Below, piece after piece: positions 52,330 through 64,000 of a stretch of DNA of 64,000 nt. Under the pieces are notes generated by a model. It made no database searches, was not told where the DNA came from, and saw nothing but the letters and a program-made list of their open reading frames with translations. This DNA is from Epiperipatus broadwayi (lineage: Eukaryota; Animalia; Onychophora), in assembly GCA_028023455.1 (NCBI GenBank), contig JAQFVV010000008.1:11594001-11658000 (forward strand), written 5' to 3'. Made by a program: the position numbers and the translations under genes. The number at the start of each line of letters is the position of its first letter. Positions within the stretch are counted from its first letter, which is position 1.

Positions 52330-53783
52330 GCACTTAAGTTTTATCTGGGGGTTGTCTTTCTCTATTGACCTCACATCTGCCTCCTCTGGGATGTGGATTT
52401 TGATCCCTTTGTTCTTGGTCTTCAGTCCTGTCATATGGACGCTTCCATTCCGTTTTCAATCTTTGTCATCCATTTTCCTGCCTCCTTGGGTTCCACTCTG
52501 TAGAATATTTCCGATTTTCTCTCCATCGTCCACTAGGATCCCATCCGTTTTTTATTGTAAGTGATTTTTTTGGAGGCAGTCTAGGTTTACATCCATCCTC
52601 CTTCTGGTCAGCCCTGGTGGTATCCAATGCACTTAGCAACTCGGCTACATGGTCCACCGTCTTCCTCTCTGTACTGATTAGTGTCTGTTCTATCTATTTT
52701 GGGAACCCATGCTTAGTTATCCGGAGTATTTGTATCTCAGATAATAAGTTTGCGGTCATCATCCATAACTTGGCTACTTGATGGCGAAAGAATGTTGTAA
52801 ACAATTCCCCTGGTCTCCATTTCTCTTGTGTTATCCGATGCAGCATATCTTCTTGGAGTTCCTCACACCAATAACTGGTCCTCAAAGCCTTGTGATACCC
52901 TGCAAATGTGGTGGGCTTCTGAAACAGTGAGTTCCACCAGACTTGAGATTCGCCCTGCAAGTGACTGCAGGCGACCGCTATCTTGGCCTCCTCATTCATC
53001 CTACTAAACTTGAAATACCGTTCCAGGCTTCCCAAGTGCTCCTTAGGGCTTTCTCCAGGATCTCCAGTGAAAACTTGTATTTTTAGAAATTGGTGGAAGC
53101 GGATAGGATAATCTATGCGATCTCCAGAGACCATATCTGTACATTCTCCATTGGTTCTTGGTCCTATGCCCTTTATTTCAGTATTGGCACTGTTATTGGC
53201 TGACCTACTTATCCTCTCTTCAAATTTTGTGTTTAATCTTTCTACTGCCTTCGCTATCTGACATATCCTCCTGCATGCTTGTCAGTATCCTACTATCTTC
53301 TACTCTTATCATTTCCACTTCTTCTTTTTCTAACTTTCTTATTCCCCTTTCTGGCCATCCTATATCTACCCTCAGATCAAACTCTGCTGACTCTCTATCT
53401 ATACTCTCGGCCCTATCTAATTCGTCATATGCATATGGCTCCATACTCTTTTGTTCATCCCACTTGAACTTCTCTATCAAGTCCATTTCTTGTGTCCTTA
53501 GCCTCTGATTGCCAGATGAAGTCATTTCTAATTTCTTCCATGGCTTCAGCAATTCTTTTCTGGTTGTCTATTTCTATCTTTACCCGCCATTCTTCCATCC
53601 TTCTCTCCTCTCTGTCCAGGTATTCCTTCATGAATTGCTGTTGCTCTACCCTCATTTGCATTAGCATATCCATTATATCATTATAATTTATTTTATCCTT
53701 TACTTTCATCTCCTTATCTTCATTCCCTTCTCTTCTTACTTCCTTTCCTTAAGGTCCATTTTAGCTTGGGACCTTGTACGCAT
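52330..53783 (-). pseudogene. Frameshifted Ty3/Gypsy gag (coiled-coil N-terminus + Arc-like/retrotransposon capsid domain)
   Basis: Starts MRTRSQAK; coiled-coil pieces in ORFs 53455-53709 and 53220-53552; capsid 'FTGDPGESPKEHL..LERYF....EEAKI.VA...LQGESQVWW' in ORF 52694-53134. Confidence 0.88.
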
Positions 53784-54306
53784 AGATATCAATTTATTCA
53801 ACCCTTGATCTGTGTTTGTTAGTATTGTTTTACTTAACTCTTCTGAATAGATTTATATATATATATAAATCTTTCTACTGACTCATTGCTTTTTACTTTG
53901 ATTAGCTATTTAATTTCTTTGTTATCTGTTAGCATTTAGACCGCTAGCCAACCCAAACATCCGCACTCTGGTTCACCATCTTGTCTCTCTGCCCTAGATT
54001 CGTTTGACTGCCTGTCCCACCTTGATGATTATCCTATGTTTCCCCTACTTATCCAACTCTGAGTCACTATACTTCAATTAATAACGCTCTTATGTATTAC
54101 CTTTAACTATAATTTCAACTGAATTCGAGTTTCTGCTATAGGGTAGTATTAAGTGTATTCATTTATTACTCAATTTCGTTATGGCTATTGTCAATTTATC
54201 CACACATTTATTTTTCCACTTCTTAATATTCGTTATACCTTCCATTGGTAGTTTACTTATCGCTTTCTTATCATGGCATAAAATCCTACAAATATTTTAT
54301 TTCATC

Positions 54307-54745
54307 TTAACTGAGACACGCTATTATTAAATCACATATATATATTTTTCAAACTTCGCTCATATACGCGACTATTCTAGAGTCCTACATATGTATTTCT
54401 TCACTTAACTTAGATCCGCTATTATTTTATTATTTATCATTTATAATATTTTATTTTAACTTAACTGGGATATGTTATTATTACCTCATACATAAATATT
54501 TTTTCAACTTCGCTTATATATGCGATTATTTTAGAGTCCGACATATATTTTTCTTCACTTAACTTAGATCCGCGACTATTTTATTATTTATCATTTATAA
54601 TATTTTATTTTCAGCTTGACTGAGATTCACTATTATTAACTCACACATATATCCTTTCAACTTCACTTATATATGCGATTATTCTAGAGTCCGACATATA
54701 TATTTCTTCACTTAATTTAGATCCGCGACTATTTTAATTATTTAA
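54307..54745. repeat. ~154-bp tandem repeat x3 in the LTR element leader
   Basis: Units start at 54307, 54461 and 54616. Confidence 0.9.
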
Positions 54746-54848
54746 CATTTATAATTACAACCTTACTGAAACTGTTTTATTCTTTTTAACTTAACTACTT
54801 TATTTTTTGTTACAACAATTACATCTAGATAATCAATTCTTTGTTCGT

Positions 54849-55072
54849 TACAATTTGTCTGAATACTTCTTGTCTTAGATTATATACGTCACTATGCATT
54901 TCAAAACTTTTTTAATAAAAAATAAATTCCCCCCTCTCTCTATCCTTTGTACACATTTGATACAATTTGTCTGAATACTTCTTGTCTTAGATTATATACG
55001 TCACTACGCATTTCAAAACTTACTTAATAAAAAATAAATTCCCCCCTCTCTCTATCCTTTGTACACATTTGA
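54849..55072. repeat. 112-bp tandem duplication in the LTR element leader
   Basis: tacaatttgtctgaatac... at 54849 and 54961, nearly identical. Confidence 0.92.
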
Positions 55073-58000
55073 CGTTGAAACACATATATAAAGTATTTTA
55101 AAGTGAAAAAATTTATTCCCTTCATCTTCGCTTCTCACCACTCTAACTTACGACGCTAATTTCATATATTTTGGAAAACAGCTATATATATATTTTTAGA
55201 AAATATTTTCGTTATCTTATAAAATTAATTCAACACATGATCACTAATTGTACAGCAATAGAAATCCCGGACTTGGCTTCCAAAATGTAACGGAAACCGG
55301 CGATCGAAAGCTTAACTTCCCTTTTATTTATATATAATGGGGAATTCTTAAAATTCAAGATCGACCACCTTCCGTTACCGCAAGCAGAGAGAATATATGG
55401 ACATAAACGAGTCTATCCGTACTTGACTGAACCTGTAACTATATGGGTATAGCCCCAGGTTATTTTTCCCGACCAACTGTCTCTCGACTGCTGTAAGATT
55501 TAACAGAGTTACAGCGCTTGGATATTTATAAATTTTAATGGGATCAAAATACTGCACCACTAGCTTCACGTGTTAATTCAGTACTGACAATGAGTAATAA
55601 TTATTTTCCCTAATCCTAAGACTATATTACTTTTTGGAGTGGCGAAGAACGAGACGAAACAGATTTAAATCAATAAATATTTAATGCAATAAATTAAACA
55701 ATAAAAAAATACTTTAAATCATTTACACACAATAAAACAGATTATTTGCTATAATGCTACGAATAAAACAAAATAAAGGGTCCTATAAATGATTGGACAT
55801 TTATAATCGTCATTCTGTGTTTATATAATAAAGTTAAAGAATGTCTTTATCATTCAACATATGAATTTGGCCATTGTCTAAATTTAAGGTTTGTGCACAT
55901 GTAAGTATAAAATGTATACATATTTACCTAGGTTTTTAAGTCTCTGAATTAACTTGAAGTCTTGCTGACCACCATGTGGAATTTCTCCACTTCTTTAGCA
56001 GGGAACGATCGCACTTAGGTTAGATTTTGGTTGTGGGAACTCCTCCGCAATTAGGACATCAAGGACCAGGCAAAACGAACACTCCGGCAGGTGCTACGTC
56101 GGCAGTTGTTACATCTAGATGGGAACCATTAGAGCACAGTGAGTCTGGATCAGCAAGCGATCATGACAGCCCTTAGCCAGCCATTCTTGATGAGTCACCG
56201 ATGTTAGAAATCATATCTTGTTAATTATGGCTGCTTATTATCGGTGCAGTCTTTCCACCAACCTCTCAACAAGAAGTCTACCACTCTAATCACCATACTG
56301 AAACTCTTTAATTAAAAAAAATTCCACAGTCCTTTGTCCTTTCGATCCTTTGTTTTCGCTTTTATTCCCACCTTTCTTTTTTTAATGCACCTTCAGCCAT
56401 TTATATAGATTTGTTTTTACCCAATCTCATAGCACTATGTACATTTATTTATTTCATTTTTTTTACTTTTACTTAAACAGATTTTTAATAAATGTTTTTT
56501 ATTTTATTTTGACAAGCATTATTTATTGCTGTCTTCATCCCACTTCATACACACTCCATACACACATTTCATTTTATCGTCAAATGTGTACTTTTATGAC
56601 CCAGATCCTTATCTTTCGGTCATGTTTTAAATTTCTATTTTACTCTTATTTAAACTTTTCAAACTTTACTTTTCTTATACATCATATTTTAGTTTGTCTT
56701 TCATTTATATTTCTTTATTACTATTAATTTTCTAATGTACAATTTCAATATTTCTAACTTCACTTATTTTTCATTTCACAAAATCTTGACTTTGGAGGGT
56801 AAAAGATAAGAATCTTTTCAATTCTAATTCCCTCTCTTTCCTTAATTAAAACATTTCTTTGTTTATAATTTTTTAAACTTACTTTTTAGTATTCCAAACA
56901 CAATATTTAATATTCTTTAAATGTTAAATATCTATATGTGTGATCGCAGTATGTGCGATCATCACAATATATATATATATACATTTTTGTTATATATTTT
57001 TTAAACTCATATTTCTTTAGCATCTGTATATCTCTTTTGATTATATAAATTTTACTTATACAATTATTTACCTCTTCTATTCTTTATTTTTTAATTAAAC
57101 CAATTTTTTATTACATCTTACATCAATGCACAAAACATTTACAAACCCAGCAATATCAACAATTTTTTATGTATAGCTATTTATATACCACTGTAAATTA
57201 CTTACAATTAAAATCATTGTTTAACAATTTATTCTATTTAAAACTTGTTTTTCTTTGTTAATATATAAACTTTCTTTTGACATTCTTACTGTATATAATT
57301 TAACCGTTTCTAACATGTTTATATCAAAGTTTATGTTTAAATTTTTTACCGTGTATATAAATATTTGAATTCTTATCATTTAAATGCTGCTTCAGTCTTG
57401 TTTTTAATTTATTTTTTGTTATGCCAATATATCATACATTCTTGTTATCTTTCTTACAATTTAAATATCTAATTATATAAATTCCATTCATATTTTCAAC
57501 ATGTTCATTTGATGTTTTATTACCCAGGTTAATTTTTTTTTGTATACTGGTTTAATATTTAATTTGCTTTCCTTTTTATATTTTTTGTTAATATCCTTCA
57601 TTATCTTTTTTTTATTATCAAAGAACTGAAAGTACTTTTTGATAATTTGTGACTACTATACATTATCTCATAGATATCCTTTTTATTTAAATCTTTATTT
57701 TTGCAATATTTCTTTTACTACACAATTTATTAATAATTTTTATTGGTTAATCATTTTCCATTGCTTCATCCATTATATTATAATAATAATATATATATAT
57801 TTATAGATTCTTGATAATGACTATAAGGAGGTAGCTGATACAGAAACATGTGCATAATGTATTGTAGTATATATGGGATCATGTAAATACATTAAGTTTT
57901 TAAAAAGAAAAAGGAAATAATTCTATTGGATTTTTTATATATAAAAGATCTTTTGGAATCATACTTTTAAATATATATTTTTTATAGTTGTCATTTGACT

Positions 58001-58209
58001 GTTTATGCCTGTTAGATTATTGAGATTGTGTGTAAAAAATGAGTGTAGCAATTCCTATGGTATATTAGTTTCTTTTTAATCTAAATATTAATTTTAAAAA
58101 ATAAAGAGTCAGCAAAGCCATTTAGAAAAATGATCTAGCTACATCAGGAATGATGACTAAAGGTTGAAAGATATGGACTAATAATTAGACAGCAGTTAGA
58201 GAGTGATTC

Positions 58210-58510
<301 letters not shown>

Positions 58511-59305
58511 AAATATACTTAAATAAGAACAAATATTCTAATAATTTATATAGGTTTGAATTAAATTGTAAGTATTGATGATGATGATAAAAAATATACT
58601 TAAATAAGAACAAATATTCTAATAATTTATATAGATTTGAATTAAATTGTAAGTAATATTAGCATTAAATTATACATATATACTATAGTATCTTTTATTA
58701 TTTACATTGTCTCAAGAGTCATTTATAGTTAACTCATCAAAACTGGAAGAATCTAATTACTTGTGCAGTATCAAACTTTAGTTAGTAGTTAAATGTATAT
58801 TGCCATATCGTCTGATAATACCATTCAATAGTGCAACATTTGACAAACTTTGCTCTATTTATAATTATCTGTTGAAGCCAGCAATTTGATGTCTTTATTA
58901 AAGAGTAGACATTGTGTTTAGATATTTTTCAAACACTTTTTATTGGCCACAAATAATTATAGTTAGTAAGTTAGCAATTAATCTCTACATGTGAATATAC
59001 AATCTTTATCCAATAATTATTCAAGTTCATTATAAATAATGTTTAGTTAAAACTATCTGTTTTTGAAATCTGATTTATTAAAAGATGTTATGATTTGAAA
59101 CAAAAATTACTATTATAATGTGATATAGGTCTTCACTATTGTTGATGAAAGTACTATACTCTTATGGTTTTAAATTAAGTTTTACTACCATAAGAAATTT
59201 ATTTTTTAATATAATATATTTGTTTAATATAAGCAAACATTGACAATAATAAGACAATTTATAAAGCACAGACACACCTATCCAATATATATGTTGTATA
59301 TATAT

Positions 59306-61365
59306 TTTAACGATCCAAAAGAAAGTGAAGATCGAATCTTACCGTAATCTGCACTACAAGGGGCCATCTAGGCATTTGAGCCTAGAAAAATTTATAAAGT
59401 AGGCAGATACGTAAGTTAAGATTCCACTTTATTTAAATATTTAGACCGTTAGCCCATTGTCACTAGCTCAAGGAGACGCAGAGATAATAAATATATTTTT
59501 ATATCTTAAATATAAAAAAAATAAAAGCCACTGCCAGTAATTAACACACAAACAATATTTATTTACGCACATGTATAATCATTTAAATTTGAGTAATAAC
59601 ATTTATTATTTTAGATTTTAATATTAACATTTAATTTAAATTATTCTTTTAACATTTTAAGATTGTCCATACAAATGAATTTAATATTCTTTTTATTAAG
59701 ATCGTCGAGTATGAATAGACTACATAGATTTGCATTTGAAAAGAAAATATTCTATCCCTGATTTAACCTTAGGCCAAAAGTTCGCAGTCAAACTGGTGTC
59801 AACCCATCTGATACATTGGTGTATTCAATGTAGCATGAAAATACAACCGCACTAATATACTATACTGTCAAGAATGTACATCTGAACAGTATAGTTAGAG
59901 AAGACATTGACTCTTGTCCAATACAGGAATGTCACATCTGTATGGCAAGAAGAACAATAAAATAAAAACTCCATAGGAAGGGACAGCGGTCCTTTTTGCC
60001 GACTTACAATCCCATCCGTAGGCAAAAAGAAAGTGTGAGGCGTATATATGCAATCCTGTCCATAGCGGATCTCATGCTACATTTACCAATTACATCAATA
60101 CATCTAATTCATTGACCCAATTTAACTATGAAACAAATAACCTAAGATTACCCTCCCTAATAAAACTTCACAAATTTATACAGCCATTTACGCCCGACTT
60201 AAATTTAACATTTATATATGTTCGCACAGATGAATTTTATAAAATTTGTTTTATAATGTTGAGTATAGATCGGCTGCATAGATTCCATGGTTAAAAACAT
60301 TTCAAAATAAACATAACCGATCAAAATACAAAGTCATCGATAACGTCAATTGCAGAGGGAATACAAGAAACCCAATGGCATTCAGTATAAGATGCCACAT
60401 TGACATCAATGACTTATATATTCTAATCGAATTTGAAAACCACAACATAATTAACCGCTAACGAATCCATGCAACGTCCATACCCAACTTAAATTTCATC
60501 ATTTAAAATTTAAACAATAAATATTAATACAAATAAAAATAATAAAATGGAAATGATTTTAGCAAACTTAACTATATAAATTTAAACATCAATTATTAAT
60601 TTGGAAATCAAATAAGAGTTCATTTTAAAGTTTAGATTAGCTGAATCTTTTAAAAAAAACAATGACGAAAGTTCTTAATTACTTTTTTTTTTGTTAATTT
60701 GTAAAGTTCATAGCTCATGGTAGAAGAGTCCAGGTTCCTGTTTTTAATTCCCGCAACATCTCCATTGGAAGACCAATCTGATGTTCTGGAGGTGGCATTA
60801 GCTGGTTTCCTTTCGGAATTACAGTCATTTCATTTTTTTTTTAAAAAAAAAAAAGAGTGTGATATGTGCATCCTATCACATGTCTCAAACACAAAAAAGC
60901 TGGAACTGTCAGGAAACTCAATATTTTTTTTTATAGTAAATCTCCAGATTGAACGAACAAAGACGTCACTAATCCAAATTTTCGTTAAGGTCTGAGAGGT
61001 TTGGTGCTTCCATTGGTCAAGCTAAATTCTTTATTCTCTTATCCATTTTTCATCAGATTTTTTTAATTATACAATAGGCCCAAGGGCTAGCTTGCTTTTC
61101 AATTAATTTATAAAACAATCATTTCCATTTACAAAAATATTTTATCTTTAAATCTTGTATTTTTTATAACAAAGTACGTTCAAATACTTTTATTTATTAA
61201 AAAAAAATTATTTTTAAAGTTTTGCATCTGTGCGAATATATATACATTTACAACTCTTTAATTTTTTTTTTTTTTTAGCTTTTAGATTTTTAATAAATTT
61301 ATTTTTATTTGCGAACGTAGTTTTTATTTTAAATTAATGTAACGGCATATTTATATATCGTTACA
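59306..61365. mobile_element. ~2-kb LTR-like element, copy 2 (probable solo LTR)
   Basis: Termini T(T)TAACGAT...ATCGTTACA; ATAT on both sides (TSD); no coding capacity seen. Confidence 0.82.
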
Positions 61366-61421
61366 ATATATATATACATTCAAGCATTATAATAATAATA
61401 ATTGTATATATGCATCTAAAG

Positions 61422-61483
61422 ATTTATCAAGGTGGGAGTTATGATTCAGATTTTGAAGAGGATACTGAAAAGAAACAGAGAAA
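61422..61483 (+). CDS. Candidate exon of an unidentified plus-strand gene (IYQGGSYDSDFEEDTEKKQRK)
   Basis: AAG| ... |GTAAGT with an open, purine-rich acidic/basic frame; product not recognised. Confidence 0.25.
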
Positions 61484-62439
61484 GTAAGTAATTAGTGCTG
61501 TTTTTTGTCTGTGTGTGTGGGAATGTAATTATTACGTCATTTTATAGTTGTGTAAAAATATTTTTATCAGTTTAGTATTGCTTGAGGGAGGATGGTGATA
61601 TTTATTAAATTCATGATATTAAAAACTATTAACAGAATTAATGCAAATAATATTTGCATTTCTACTAATAAGAAATGAAAATATGTTAATTTAAATTCAT
61701 CTGATTAATTAAAAGATATTTTGAAATTAATTACTGTACTTTTATATATCAAACATTTAAACATTTGAATGGGTGATAAATCATAATATTAATGATACTT
61801 TATGCTCTGTAAGTGACTTAATAGCTTAAAATTGTTTCATCCTTCAGGAGAAAAAGTGATATTTAAATGTGTGCATTATATATTAACAATAGAGTGCAGG
61901 TAGTGCACAATCTATCAAGTGAGATTTTATATAGAAGGTAGTTTGACCAAATTATTAATATAAGAATTATATTTTTCAAGAGATAACTTTAAGATACGGT
62001 TAATATTTCAAGAATATGGTCTATTACCTTAAATATGATTATCGAATATGAAGATAAATTTATGACTATTTATTTTTATTAATGTTTCAAGAAGATTATT
62101 AAAGTTGAGAGACATATTTTCCTTTTGTAATTAATTTTAATATAAGAACAAAAACAATGTCATCATAGGTTTCTCTCAAGTTTACTTAATGATGATACTG
62201 CATCATTATTGTTACTTTATGGTATTCCTATTGTAGATCTCTTTTCATAATTTTATTTAAGATTTTACCATATTAAACTTAAAAATATAATTATATCCTT
62301 GATGGATTATAACTTAAAAGATGATATTAAGCAACTGATTAATCATTCATTAACCCTTGCTATCTTGTGTCATTTGAAACAAGCTAAAAAGGGATAAACC
62401 ATCAGAATAATAAGTATTAAATGATCTGCTAAAATGCAA

Positions 62440-63300
62440 TCATCACTTGGCGAATTTAATGTTAGTGATGCTAGTAATTGACCTCTTTACATTCAACACA
62501 TAGAGAAATATCTCTTGATTATCTGTGTTTTGCAAGAAAAAAAAATAGAAATTGCTAATAGGTTCTGTGAACCTGATAGGATTATCTTTTCAATTAAATA
62601 AAAGATCACTTGGTGAATTATTTTAATCCACATCCCTCTGGGCACATCACCAGATTTCATTTCAGAAATTGCCGTTAGAGCAGAAATGAAAAAATTAAAG
62701 ATTACAATGTAGCTCTTCACAATCTGCAAAAAAAATATGCTGTATATAGCTCATTTCTTGATGAGCCACTCCTTGAACAATTTTTGTGAGGGATAAACAG
62801 CAACAGTTTAAGATAGCAGCTGTTAGCTGATAATGAAATTAATTACAATGAAGCTATAAAACATAACAAATTTATGAATTGGTTTTTGAACAATCGAGAG
62901 AATTCACGGAGGTAAAAATCCTATATAAAATACAAACAGATGTTTGTAAAGCCATTTAAACCAGAGAAAAAGGAATTTAGAAATTAAAAAAAATAATGGT
63001 AGCAGTAATAAAATCTATTTATCTGTTTTTGTTGTGGAAAATAAAAACCTTGGTGTCACTAGAGTTATCCCTAGAGGCAGTATCAATAATTTGCAAAGTG
63101 AGGAAGATCCTAGAGAAGGAAATTATTGAATTGGTTAAGAACAATATATTAGAATCTACAGAGAAATCTTATTGGGTTCTGCAATTAGTAAGAATTACAA
63201 AATCAAATAGTCAAATTCATTTGTATGGTGATTACTGCGTAACTGTAAATAAAGATATGTTAACATGCGTATCCTATCGATTGCTCCAGTTGCTATAACT
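62440..63300 (+). mobile_element. Degenerate Ty3/Gypsy (Mag/K02A2.6-like) gag-RT fragment
   Basis: gag: 'LGEFN....W..YI..IEKY', 'SEIAVR', 'EQFL.GI'; RT: 'LEKEIIELVKNNILES..KSYW..QLV...KSNSQIHLYGDY.VTVN'. Confidence 0.8.
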
Positions 63301-64000
63301 GGGAGCAATCCCTATGCTACTAAACAGACACATATAAAATTCACCTGTTAACAATAATACTACTGCAGAAACTTAGGATTTTGCTTTAATAGATTACTAA
63401 TACAACTATTATAAGCATTTTAATTACAGATATATATATACATATTAACAATTTATATAAAGCATATGTATTTATATACCAAAGGTGTTCTCAATTAATG
63501 ATAAAGGCCAGTATGTCCTATTTAGTCCCTAGACTTGCTTTGCCATGTTCAGAGATAAGCCTCTCCACAATATTAGCTATCAAATACATCTGCATGTTTG
63601 TAGCTTCCATGAGAAAATATTCCTAGATTCTTTTTTAGACCACTCTTTCACTATTAATTAATAACTAGAACTCCTGTTCTAATTGATTGCGTCACTCAGA
63701 TCCTGCTGACATTGTCTAATATTATTTATCTGTAGATGCATCTGGTTACGAATAATTCCTTCTTTTTAATTGTCACTAATTAATTAGATTATTTTCTGAT
63801 GGAATTCTGTTATCTCTTTGCTCTTTAGGAATTTAATTAACATTGTTTCCTGGGTTTATAATTAATCTTTTAGTAATATTAATTCTTTCATCAATCAACT
63901 TTAATTTTACTTAAATTTAATATACTTATTTTTAAACTTTAATTGTGTATTTTAACATATACGCTTATATATATATTACAAAATTGTTTATAATTGTTTT

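Larger units (their letters stand above)
49690..56966 (-). mobile_element. Full-length non-autonomous Ty3/Gypsy LTR retroelement (gag only)
   Basis: LTRs at 49690-51449 and 55286-56966 with TG...CA ends; ATAT TSD; PBS-like TGGAAGCCAAGTCCGGGATTT (55261-55282); PPT AAAGGAGGGGAA (~51458-51470); internal gag; no pol motifs seen. Confidence 0.93.

Noticed and set aside
53158-53686. Plus-strand Ser/Leu-rich ORFs
   Set aside because: Antisense shadows of the purine-rich gag.
61846-61902. Second plus-strand exon candidate (CTTCAG|GAGAAA...GCAG|GTAGT)
   Set aside because: Not phase-compatible with the preferred frame of 61422-61483 (gives an early stop); product unrecognised.

Overview
Very AT-rich, CpG-depleted eukaryotic DNA, probably from an invertebrate animal. 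The one clearly supported host gene is exosome component CSL4/EXOSC1 on the minus strand. Seven coding exons were reconstructed with canonical splice sites and continuous frame, from the ATG at 39985 to exon 7 ending at 5606. The last exon was not found and probably lies left of the window. Intron 6 (118 nt) has a U12-type GTATCCTTT donor. Introns and flanks are packed with TE relics: RTE and CR1-like LINEs, Penelope-like ends, hAT and TA-flanked MITEs, solo LTRs, a 7.3-kb gag-only LTR retroelement with ATAT TSD, and a Mag-like Gypsy fragment. The most notable signal is a dispersed ~445-460 bp repeat family carrying a minimal type I hammerhead ribozyme with a palindromic ACUAGU helix III. It occurs as partial tandem dimers with 5' inversions at 21344-22044 and 27343-28088, with a diverged copy near 30090-30430, and looks retrozyme-like or derived from Penelope pseudo-LTRs (pLTRs). 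All homology calls are from reading the sequence and recalled family motifs; no searches were run. TE relic boundaries are approximate.
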